Assembly: GCA_964410905.1 (NCBI GenBank)
Contig: CAYPIR010000003.1
Location: 15,986 to 79,985, forward strand
Origin: an uncultured bacterium
Lineage (GTDB): Bacteria; Omnitrophota; Omnitrophia; Omnitrophales; Aquincolibacteriaceae
DNA: 64,000 nt
Reading direction: 5' to 3'
Position 1 is the stretch's first letter. Each line of letters starts with the position of its first letter. Shown piece by piece: positions 40,901 to 48,155 of the stretch. The position numbers and the translations under genes are program-made. The notes beneath the pieces were generated by a model. It saw only the letters and a program-made list of their open reading frames with translations, searched no databases and was not told the origin of the DNA.

Positions 40901-43396
40901 CCAAAGCGATTCAATAACTTTATATTTTGAGTTGTCCCAACTGTTGCTCTTTAAATTACATTCGATAATTTTTCTTTTACTTTCATCTTTTTCGACAAAC
41001 AAAACTTTGGGTGCGTCTTTAAAAACAAGCCCCAGTTTGCCGTCATCCGAACCAAAATCAACCATAGGCAAGTCTTTAACTTGAGGCATGACTTCTTGAA
41101 TAATAGAAAGTGCGGCATGCGTTGTCGCGGGAGGCGTCAAAACGCCTCGTTCAGTGCTTTCAAAAAATTCTGGATATTCCAATGAAACGAATATGAATTG
41201 TGAAAACCTATTTTTAATTTCACGGACCATGTCGGCAGCGTCATTACTATCGCGGTAATAAATAACATTTCCGTGCCTGCGAAAAATAAGCCCAAGCCGT
41301 CCGTCTATAGTCGCTTCAATAAATTCCAGCGGGAATATTTCCCCTTCAATGTTTGCCGTTGGGTAGAAATCTATGGCAGCATCTTGGAATTTTTGCCGCG
41401 CCCGCGCGAGCAAATCCGCCATCGGGCTGTTCTTGTCTATTTTTATAATATCTTCAACAAAAGCCCGTCTCTTTGCTGGCGGCAAATCTGAAAAAATTTT
41501 GTTTGCAAGTCCCTCGCCCAAAGTCCTTCCGAGCATAATATGTCGAATTAGGTCTTCCGGCGAAGCGTCCGTAACCCATTCATTAGCATTGTCTGCGGTC
41601 CCCTTAACGCCTGACATTGCCTCTCTTACTTCAGAGCGGATAAATTCAGCTGTGTCCGCATCAAAACCTTCTGTGCCGCTTAAAACAGGAGAAAATCTGA
41701 CAAAAGAATCGGAGAGATTGTCATTCCGCGCGTTGTTTTTCAACATTGAAGAATCCAAAAGATTACTCTCTTGGGTTCCGATCTCCTTATCGGGACTAGT
41801 CAATGCTCGCTGCGTTGACACAAATAGTCGCTGCTCAATCGCCGCGTCCAATTTAAATTCGTCGTCGTGTAATGGCAAGTCGGTTTTACCGTTTCTATTC
41901 GTTGCTCCAAGCGTCATCGTTTTTATGTAATTATCATTATTAGTTTTGCTCGTTATGCGCGGCAAAATTCGAACATATGATAAATTTTTATTTTTAAAAA
42001 TATTTTCTAATCCCGCTGTATGAAAACCTCCTGTTATTAAAATTGCGCTCTGAATATTTAAATCCTTTATCTTCGCGAACATTTGTTCAAACATCACATC
42101 GTCACGTTTTATAGCAACTTCATAAAACTTTAACGCAAGCCTAACCGCGTAAGGCAAATCATTTTCAGCCAAAACACCCCGAGCTTCTTGATATTCCTCA
42201 TGCGTAAGCTCCAGTTCCAACAAGCTTTTAAGAAGTAGATATTTTTTGTACTGTGCTACTATTCTTTGCTCGTCATGAGTTTTTGAAAGCGCCGTCAAAA
42301 TTATCTCGTTTATTCTTTTTGTTTCTCTCAAAAGCTCTTCAGCTCGAATTTCTTGGCCCAAAAGCCTTGCCCCTAAAAGTTTTACAAGCGCCGGATAATC
42401 CTGAAATTCAAACCCTAAATCCTGTGTTTCATTTAAAAACTTCTCAAGAAACGAGCGAATATCTTTTTCTTCTTCAAGAAAATTCTTAAAAGCCGCTTGA
42501 TAATCTTCACTGAAATTATTTTCAGCCAGCCATGTGATAAGTTTGGTTTGCTCTTTTTTTATTGTCTCCCGTGTTCCCTCGGTTTGTTTCTCTAATTCTT
42601 GCAGTTTGAAAAATCTCACAAGCTGCGGAAAATCATGTTGTTCGCGAGCGTTTGATAAATCTATATTTAAAATATCAAGAGCTGTTTTTTTCAGAAAACC
42701 AAGCCGTGAAATAAAATCTTTTTGTATCTCAGATTGAAAAATCCATTCACGGAAAAAATTTTTAAAATTAGGGTTGGTGTTTTTTGCAACTTCTTGTTTA
42801 AGACTTTGTTTTAATTTAAGCAAAATTTTTGAAGCTTCTTTTTTGTGAGAGTAAACCTCTCTAAAAAGCTTTAATTCTTCAAGATAAAGTTCTCTATTCT
42901 CTACGCCAAAAACCTCCGCGCCGGACTTATCAGAAAACAGAAATCTCTCAACGCCTCCGACAATTCCCTTTTCGGTTAATTTATCTATGAGTTTTAAATT
43001 TGCATCTTCTTCGTTGAAAAATCGGAGCAATTCTTTTTTCTGTTTCCCAACTCCGCCTTCTACAAAAATAGTTTTTATTCCATATTCTTTTTCAAGATGT
43101 CGCAAAATTTGCTCTTGATTTTTCTGCGCCTCGACACTTCCGTGCGCGTCTTCTATGTGAACAATAGAAATTGGATAAGAAAATTTCGCTTCATTTTCCG
43201 GTTGAGAAATATACATGTCTTTGATACTTCCAACGCAAAGAGGTATTTCAATTTTAGAAATTATTGAGGGAGCGCGATTTTGGCTAAAATCTATGGCGGG
43301 CGCGGCAAACGCAACATTTGTCCAAAAGAAAACGATGGACATAAAAATAGCGATATTTTGCCGCGCTAACAGTTTATATTTTTTACATTTAGACAT
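34901..43396 (-). CDS. 2831-aa N-terminally anchored giant multidomain protein. It has a domain shared with the 964-aa protein, two methyltransferase-like domains, two WaaA/KdtA-like GT-B domains, and an arginase/deacetylase-like middle segment.
   Basis: Single ORF with an ATG at 43396. Internal duplication aa 658-1530 vs 1807-2580. Motifs DTQGEL..ADLAIVGEN and IIILSSPKNEE resemble WaaA. Confidence 0.75.
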   Translation of the reverse strand: MSKCKKYKLLARQNIAIFMSIVFFWTNVAFAAPAIDFSQNRAPSIISKIEIPLCVGSIKDMYISQPENEAKFSYPISIVHIEDAHGSVEAQKNQEQILRHLEKEYGIKTIFVEGGVGKQKKELLRFFNEEDANLKLIDKLTEKGIVGGVERFLFSDKSGAEVFGVENRELYLEELKLFREVYSHKKEASKILLKLKQSLKQEVAKNTNPNFKNFFREWIFQSEIQKDFISRLGFLKKTALDILNIDLSNAREQHDFPQLVRFFKLQELEKQTEGTRETIKKEQTKLITWLAENNFSEDYQAAFKNFLEEEKDIRSFLEKFLNETQDLGFEFQDYPALVKLLGARLLGQEIRAEELLRETKRINEIILTALSKTHDEQRIVAQYKKYLLLKSLLELELTHEEYQEARGVLAENDLPYAVRLALKFYEVAIKRDDVMFEQMFAKIKDLNIQSAILITGGFHTAGLENIFKNKNLSYVRILPRITSKTNNDNYIKTMTLGATNRNGKTDLPLHDDEFKLDAAIEQRLFVSTQRALTSPDKEIGTQESNLLDSSMLKNNARNDNLSDSFVRFSPVLSGTEGFDADTAEFIRSEVREAMSGVKGTADNANEWVTDASPEDLIRHIMLGRTLGEGLANKIFSDLPPAKRRAFVEDIIKIDKNSPMADLLARARQKFQDAAIDFYPTANIEGEIFPLEFIEATIDGRLGLIFRRHGNVIYYRDSNDAADMVREIKNRFSQFIFVSLEYPEFFESTERGVLTPPATTHAALSIIQEVMPQVKDLPMVDFGSDDGKLGLVFKDAPKVLFVEKDESKRKIIECNLKSNSWDNSKYKVIESLWASLEDDINPKDWKDAFVVMNVAYDYGGGYLETIKKLQPAMVLTTGHEYFSHLGYEDIFGSLFAKDAQKEMLATSYQPQIIASGGHFFEIPNQGNYRAVLFVRKDVAQKYLEKAQRPRSETRKTVEDLIAATSMYMAKDFPEIKTADVETLKELADILGADFLCEILGADTALFFKMVESISVDNFSYGLLVFDALRELTKHKVLGLETVRESIKTSRDVFLKALFSFSHETSRKKPRFTYLDNTEVLDADTIQAAFIKAPLEVKNFLYSLSFSKTMGKVIEVLGFDIQKIFKQNPFDVAEFLLFIDGDIGFDLFSKAWEILKILVGEEILNRSSETNLNGALRQTISQITEFLLFFKGDKKKVIEILRDERSLAKRLNKTSKTILFQVYEAASMNAIRGFLNAANIDARKAVLLADREVSIKMLKDNFPDFRVREFIRGKLNPANEIVAAFHDGERVISILPSMFIPYDPYKYALPQKISAEERKILREKMEVLPNRKIIILSSPKNEELKKTIKAYSEYPENERPLLIVGMRNTKATLVNDILKGDMGKIELGRNKIRVRSEKDMLPGGSFNGTAEEVPMGDADIVILNTQGELRSFFAVADLAIVGENRNLFEPMSQEVPTLFFDGNWTNNRSAINILGAFNAVQVVNERDFFNQINSTLNHSEQIQENIRQAVDDFKNVEFPLMKIAAKATILLALRETDDSMLTSTVRSETRASELNNNIFEITSNHDGAYNQIHYGVQNGIISKGLPMLLFDYHSDNSPKLINGIDLSNWVTSLLKEGDVGEAFWFYPSEGRSLLGDEKDFAAMTSDWKSVIAKHSEGLKQGVIVSIDMDFFARDGQWTTDVVNLPSKGNIEKQIKGIFEFLREQNIPVKLINGSYSTPIYAPARYKDEFRDALEKYFKNIQRDDGRSEMLDISPFENIDEAKHEIRQARKSVENSNYSERNIFGSKGLVQSTRQKLFEEVLREDTENPMNDFLNLAREKFENVAADFYPPAQDNMKIIPLEFIEGDLEGRRVVLFRRHGDIVYYREQRETRAIAENLHGKYPHMKFISLESPGFGVSDYAVKEVLGREKDEGIEETDREGDVIETPIASTHIALSLIQKIASLTNNFSVVDFGADDGKLGLAFNNPKKVLYVEPGARKRKSLVANLKNNGLEASQFQIVKYLGEGIDSGEVNPEEWKNPIVVMNIAYDYGLSFLEEIMRLKPAMILTTGISDFAFVLDEFYDKLGDESAVAAKIDGFDIAKPFGGKYSALLFVRSDIWNKYFNGERGDVSRSEERINNGNDLQTEIEQLWLDSLEEGQFVADYIKDSMKNIFEKFLRSSEAVNTIARLGARNSLGRTALIEALRNNPPREFSNSFEASLKEPSFADAVDSLHYAGFDMKQIRDWFAAYPIEVAKVLGLAMRKDVDFKNIKRHGFQIIKRLDEENIKITFDIPEVAAINSTRGFIKATGLSEKQVILTYGGEVNERLIKESFLGYDIRSKSAARKKNEIAISFSNAPFFGKSHDERLILPHDPYKYVLPQKISDEKHEEIRKIMGVSADRIIIVASSPNNVEIEKIFQAYAKFPKEQKPLLIMGVRHGGKMVEEFLLKTAGKYGLSDSKIKFRRIGDRAKSKRFNGLAEGEPMGNADIIGLETAGELLPILGVARLVIVGENHNLLEPTSQSVPSIHMGKNWDSNKTAVQLLNKFHATEPEREDLFDQINDIFSKSEIMRNRAEEAVSEFNETVIPMMSFLGNMMMASALQDFVELSRSESRGGTQVGKEVTVVFAKGVFRQSEVDAMSSNGWQKFYSEVVTGAWVDKERDAVAEDITREILNKSETDVLKISIAMDEKPSLNDSLMRIMEQLLADKPGIEIQILIPNISKVEARELERNFVRQVMAVRKSQQNKGKGVKVSVTDDVNALSGFIKGEIIRTLVYDARRDARPNLEKLASTLLRNETLIVADDLSIDMRSYAFLAAIDKLITSKELPKTVQSASELLFTNLQISALALGAISKSA

Positions 43397-43617
43397 AAAA
43401 ATCCCTTCTTACTAAAATTTAACATTTACTATGACTTTTTTCAAATTACTAAACATATATTTTATTAAAAATAAATAGCAATTTATAGCATAATATAACT
43501 AGCTGCCGGCGCATACTGAAATTTCCTAAAATGATTTTAAAACTTTACGAAAAGCCCGCCAGTGATATAATTCGGGGGCTGTTTTACAAATCAACCTTTT
43601 TAACGGAGGATTTTATC

Positions 43618-44199
43618 GTGGCTTTCTCAATTTCTGAACTTCCATACGCAATTGACGCGCTCGCGCCGCACATCAGCAAAGAAACCCTTGAGTTTCATTA
43701 CGGCAAACATCACAACGCTTATGTCGCAAACCTCAATAAACTAACTGAAGGGAAACCTGAGGCGGAAAAATCTCTTGAAGATTTAATCAAAACCGCAAAG
43801 GGCGCGATTTTCAATAACGCGGCGCAGATTTACAATCACACATTTTATTGGAATTCGCTAAAACCAAACGGCGGCGGCGAACCGACAGGCGCGCTTTTAG
43901 ATGCCATCAATAAGTCCTTTGATAGTTTCGCGGATTTTAAAACACTTTTTACGCAAGCGGCATTAGGTCTTTTTGGTTCTGGCTGGGTTTGGCTAGTTAA
44001 AGACGAGGACGGAACTCTCGGCATTGAATCTTTGCAAAACGCGGGAAATCCTCTTCAAGACGGTCAAACGCCTATTCTTGTAATCGATGTTTGGGAGCAT
44101 GCCTATTACATCGACTACAGAAACGCCCGGGCAAAATATGTCGAGTCGTTTTGGAATATTGTAAATTGGGATTTTGTGGCAGAACAGTTTGCTAAGTAG
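43618..44199 (+). CDS. sod: Fe/Mn superoxide dismutase
   Basis: ELPYAIDALAPHIS...HHxxY..., DVWEHAYY. GTG start with GGAGGA Shine-Dalgarno. The track start at 43531 is an upstream extension. Confidence 0.9.
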   Translation: MAFSISELPYAIDALAPHISKETLEFHYGKHHNAYVANLNKLTEGKPEAEKSLEDLIKTAKGAIFNNAAQIYNHTFYWNSLKPNGGGEPTGALLDAINKSFDSFADFKTLFTQAALGLFGSGWVWLVKDEDGTLGIESLQNAGNPLQDGQTPILVIDVWEHAYYIDYRNARAKYVESFWNIVNWDFVAEQFAK

Positions 44200-44223
44200 T
44201 TTTTAGTCTCAAAAAATAAAAGA

Positions 44224-44251
44224 GCCAGACAGTTTAATGTCTGGCTTTTTT
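44224..44251 (+). terminator. rho-independent terminator after sod
   Basis: gccagac-agtttaat-gtctggc followed by T6. Confidence 0.65.
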
Positions 44252-44273
44252 ATTTATTAAAAACTTGCGAGAA

Positions 44274-44672
44274 TTGTAAAAATCAATAATTTCGTGAACA
44301 GATTTAATTCTAAAGTTATCCTGCGCATTGTTATTTAAACGTCGCAGGATCCAGGTGTTGAGCGCCTCTGGATTCTGCAACGCCACTACGTTTCGTGCAG
44401 AATGACCAGATTGTCTCGCTTTTGTAGGCGGAATGACATAACGGACAAGTGCCGAAGGCGCTTCGCCGTTTCGTGCCAATCCATTGGGGATTGGTGCAGT
44501 CAACCGTAAGGTTGCTGAAAAGACGCTACGGCGAAGCCGAGCGCTTGCCCTGTATTTGCGTATCGGACGCAAATGCGGTACTTCCTGTATCGATGCATTG
44601 GGCATCGATGCGGAATGACGTAAAAATAAAAAACCTTCAACAAATCTGTCTACGAAATTATTGGCTTTTACA
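44274..44672. repeat. MITE-like element, copy B, ~400 bp with ~30-bp terminal inverted repeats
   Basis: Left end aattgtaaaaatcaataatttcgtgaacagattt. Right end aaatctgtctacgaaattattggcttttacaat. Confidence 0.6.
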
Positions 44673-44757
44673 ATAAAAAACGACATCAATGACAAACTGC
44701 GCCTCAAAAAGCGAGGAGGTTTGAAATCGATGCCGTTTTTTTGTTTTTCTTGGCTAC

Positions 44758-47433
44758 TTAAAAATCATACCTCACGGTTGCGTAATAGGTGTGGCTTATA
44801 TAACGATCGCGAATTTCCATATCCCAATTACCCGTGAGAGTGAAATTCCCTTTTGATAAAAAGGCAATTTCCGCTCCGAGTAAAAGTCCGCTTTTAGACG
44901 GTTTCGCGCCGCGCACAAGAAAGGAATTTCCGCCGCCAGCAAAACTCGCGCGCGTCTCGTATCGCTTCCCAATATAATCATAAAGCCAAGCGCCTTTGAT
45001 TGACGGAACAAATGTTCCAACTTCTGTTTTGATTTGGTATTGCAGTTTAAGCCCAAGCGTTTGTTCTAATGTGTGATACCCCTTCCCTTTAACCGATAAA
45101 TCCAAATCGCCCGCGCCATTTTCGTCATATCCATGAAGCCGCAAATAACTATATTCCAGTCCGACAAATGGCGTAATCTCCAAATGCTTAAGCTCCGCCG
45201 ATGTCATCGTATAACCTAGTTCAAACTTTGAACTATATTCCTGCCCGCTATGTTCCGCTTTTGCCACGCGGTCAAGCGCGCTTGTTATTGCTATTTCTCG
45301 GCGGCTCTTATATTCGTCCCATGTAAAAGCTATCATGCTGTCGGCATACCAAAAATTCTCGCCGTAGTTTCTGACCGCCGCTCTCTGGTTGGCTCCATAA
45401 GCCCTGCCGGCGCACAAATCAAGCGAGTCATAGCTGCCATACAAACTAAAACTGTAACTATTAATTTGTTCCGTGGGATTTCCCGGCCGTTTTGAGTCAA
45501 CATCCGCGTAACCATATCCCGCCGCCGCGCCGACTCTAAAGTGGCTGTCCAGCTGCCTATCTATACCGACCGTTGTCCCATAGGAGTTTGACGTAAAACC
45601 CTCAATGCCTTTTCGCGTCTTCTGCTCCATATGATTCCCTAAGCCTTGCAGCCAGACACCAAGCCCGGTTATCGTCTCGCCTGATGAAATTCCGCTTTGG
45701 AAAAATCCGTGCCGCACGCTGCCCAAGCGATTACTAACTGAACGCATATGATTCCCCGTCAGCATTTTGCTTCCGCGCGCGATTCCTGAACTTATATCCG
45801 GCATCATTGTCGAAAGCGCTTTTTGCACCTCTTCAGAACTCATCCCATCTAAAGCATTAAGCACATCCAGCATATCGCCTTGGGCGTTTGGCATATTGTC
45901 TAAAACTTCGCCAACCATTCTTGAGTTTTCATCCTTTCCAGCATCGCTCGCGAATCCGCCCGCGCGGCTGAGCATAAGACTCAATATCCCATCATGAATG
46001 CTTTCAGTCCCTGTATACCGGTCTGAGAAAAGCGTCAGCAAACCATCAAAATCTAATGTGCCGCCCGCGCTCAAAATATCTACTGTCGTTCCGTTAGCAT
46101 AATATCCCGATGCAAGCGAGACATCGATGTCCCCGCTAACATCTATATCACCGTCCGCAACAACAGAACCATAATCATTTTCCGCTATCGTGAGCGCAAG
46201 CGTAGAACCGGCAGCTTGGTCAAAATCCCCGCCGATAAGTAACTGCGTTGTCCCGAGTTCAAGAGTGCCAGCATCCAATAAAACATTGCCTGTCCCAAGC
46301 GCCTGGGAATTTCCAACAATTACTGTTCCGGCGCTAACTGTCGTCCCGCCTTCATATGTATTCGCTCCAGAAATAGTAAGCGTGCCATCTCCTTCTTTTG
46401 TTAAACTACCGTCCCCGCTTATAACCCCAGAAAAAATTGTATCCTCGTCATTTCCTCCGACTGTCAAATCAGCTGTTCCTAAATCTACATCGCCAGCTCC
46501 GCTTAACCCTTGCACAGTTTGATCATAATCATTCAAGTCGAACGAAGCGCCAGATTGAACTGCTAAACCAGAACTAGTGGAAATTATATCCGCAGCTCCT
46601 GCTTGTAATGTTCCAGCACTAACTGTCGTTCCGCCTGTATATGAATTAGCTCCAGAAAGAGTGAGTGTTCCTGTCCCAGTCTTTGTCAAACTTCCTGAAC
46701 CGCTTAACCCCCCACTCATTGCAGCCACACTTTCATTGCCTATAGTCCCGCCATTAGCTTCCAACGTCCATGCACCAGCGTAACTATCTCCTGTTAAAAT
46801 CAACCTTCCGCCGTTAAGAGTTCTGCTAGTCGAATATAAAGTATCAGCAAATATTGATAATTCGCCCCCAGTATTGATAGAGATAACGTTTGAAAATAAA
46901 CTTCCACCCTCAGCAATAGTTACCGTCCCTTCATTATTCACAGTTAGGTTGCCTATAAGATTTCCGCCAGAGTTGACAATAACAGCACCTTCCGGCGATA
47001 TAACAATTCCTCCATATGAGGCAACATCTCCACCGTCTGGATTGGAACCGCCACTAATTGTAAATATTCCGTGATCAAAGTTAAATACACCCAGTGTAAT
47101 CCAGTTTCCACCTGCTAAAGTGAGATCCGCAAGAGTCGAATTAACATTGGCGCCATTGACATGCGCCGAACCAATAGAAATATCGGCATCTTGGTCGATG
47201 GTAATATCATCGTCATGTGTAGGCACCGTTGAGGTGTCCCAGTTAGAAGAGTCAGTCCACGTGGAACCATCTCCGCCACCAGTCCAAGTTACAGTGGCAG
47301 CAAATGAAACTGGCGAGAAAATAGAAAGGAGAAAAATGAGAGAAGTAAGAAGAGTTAAACTGCGGAAGAAAAACGAACGCGGATAACTATTTGTTTGTTT
47401 GTTTGTTTGTTTGTTTGTTTGTTTGTTTAGCAT
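44758..47433 (-). CDS. autotransporter (type Va) outer-membrane protein
   Basis: Signal peptide. G/T-rich passenger with TGTGTLTLSGANSYTGGTTVSAGTL repeats. C-terminal beta-barrel ending ...YATVRYDF. Confidence 0.85.
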   Translation of the reverse strand: MLNKQTNKQTNKQTNSYPRSFFFRSLTLLTSLIFLLSIFSPVSFAATVTWTGGGDGSTWTDSSNWDTSTVPTHDDDITIDQDADISIGSAHVNGANVNSTLADLTLAGGNWITLGVFNFDHGIFTISGGSNPDGGDVASYGGIVISPEGAVIVNSGGNLIGNLTVNNEGTVTIAEGGSLFSNVISINTGGELSIFADTLYSTSRTLNGGRLILTGDSYAGAWTLEANGGTIGNESVAAMSGGLSGSGSLTKTGTGTLTLSGANSYTGGTTVSAGTLQAGAADIISTSSGLAVQSGASFDLNDYDQTVQGLSGAGDVDLGTADLTVGGNDEDTIFSGVISGDGSLTKEGDGTLTISGANTYEGGTTVSAGTVIVGNSQALGTGNVLLDAGTLELGTTQLLIGGDFDQAAGSTLALTIAENDYGSVVADGDIDVSGDIDVSLASGYYANGTTVDILSAGGTLDFDGLLTLFSDRYTGTESIHDGILSLMLSRAGGFASDAGKDENSRMVGEVLDNMPNAQGDMLDVLNALDGMSSEEVQKALSTMMPDISSGIARGSKMLTGNHMRSVSNRLGSVRHGFFQSGISSGETITGLGVWLQGLGNHMEQKTRKGIEGFTSNSYGTTVGIDRQLDSHFRVGAAAGYGYADVDSKRPGNPTEQINSYSFSLYGSYDSLDLCAGRAYGANQRAAVRNYGENFWYADSMIAFTWDEYKSRREIAITSALDRVAKAEHSGQEYSSKFELGYTMTSAELKHLEITPFVGLEYSYLRLHGYDENGAGDLDLSVKGKGYHTLEQTLGLKLQYQIKTEVGTFVPSIKGAWLYDYIGKRYETRASFAGGGNSFLVRGAKPSKSGLLLGAEIAFLSKGNFTLTGNWDMEIRDRYISHTYYATVRYDF
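47390..47428 (-). repeat. tetranucleotide repeat, (TTTG)9 on the plus strand and (AAAC)9 in the coding sense, within codons 3-14 of the autotransporter
   Basis: tttgtttgtttg... encodes NKQTNKQTNKQTN immediately after ATG-CTA. Confidence 0.9.
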
Positions 47434-47558
47434 ACATTGTCAAACCTCACAAGGTTGGGGATCAAAATAAAAGAATACAAAACGGTTTCACATTTTACTA
47501 TTTCGGCAAAAAATTTAAATGCTTAAATACAAATAAATACAAATAACTTTTGTCATTA

Positions 47559-48146
47559 GTGTAAAAGTCAATAATTTCGCAGACAGATTTGTTGAGGGTT
47601 TTTGTTTTTTTATTATCGCTGGCGAAAGCGAGACAATCTGGTCATTCTGCCCCAACGCCCAATGCATCGATACAGGAAGTCCCGCATTTGCGTCCGATAC
47701 GCAAATACAGGGCAAGCGCTCGGCTTCGCCGTAGCGTCTTTTCAGCAACCTTACGGTTGACTGCACCAATCCCCAATGGATTGGCACGAAACGGCGAAGC
47801 GCCTTCGGCACTTGTCCGTTATGTCATTCCGCGTGAAGCGAAGCGGAGTCGCGGAATCCACAAGGCAAGACGAGGCGTTCCTTGAGCCTCGCTTGGCAGT
47901 GGTTGCACATAGGTGCAACTAGAGGCTCTCAACACTTGGATCCTGCAACGTCCGCTTTAGCGGTCGCGCAGGATGACGTAATGGACGAGAGCGGTGAAGC
48001 CGGCTCGCTATTACGTATCGGCGAATTCAAACTAGACGAGACGACAAAGTCTCGCTTGTTTGTGTCAATGCAACAAGTATTGACTTGTCGCCGATGCTGC
48101 TTAACTAAATCTGTCTACGAAATTATTGACTTTTACAGGGATGATG
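47559..48146. repeat. MITE-like element, copy C, ~590 bp. Its internal modules are inverted relative to copy B.
   Basis: Left end gtaaaagtcaataatttcgcagacagattt. Right end aaatctgtctacgaaattattgacttttaca. Internal sequence is the reverse complement of copy B modules. Confidence 0.6.
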
Positions 48147-48155
48147 AAACCGCTG

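Noticed and set aside
35927-43415. Many plus-strand ORFs (62-185 aa) inside the giant minus-strand gene.
   Set aside because: They are shadow ORFs within a continuous 8.5-kb coding frame and have no independent signals.
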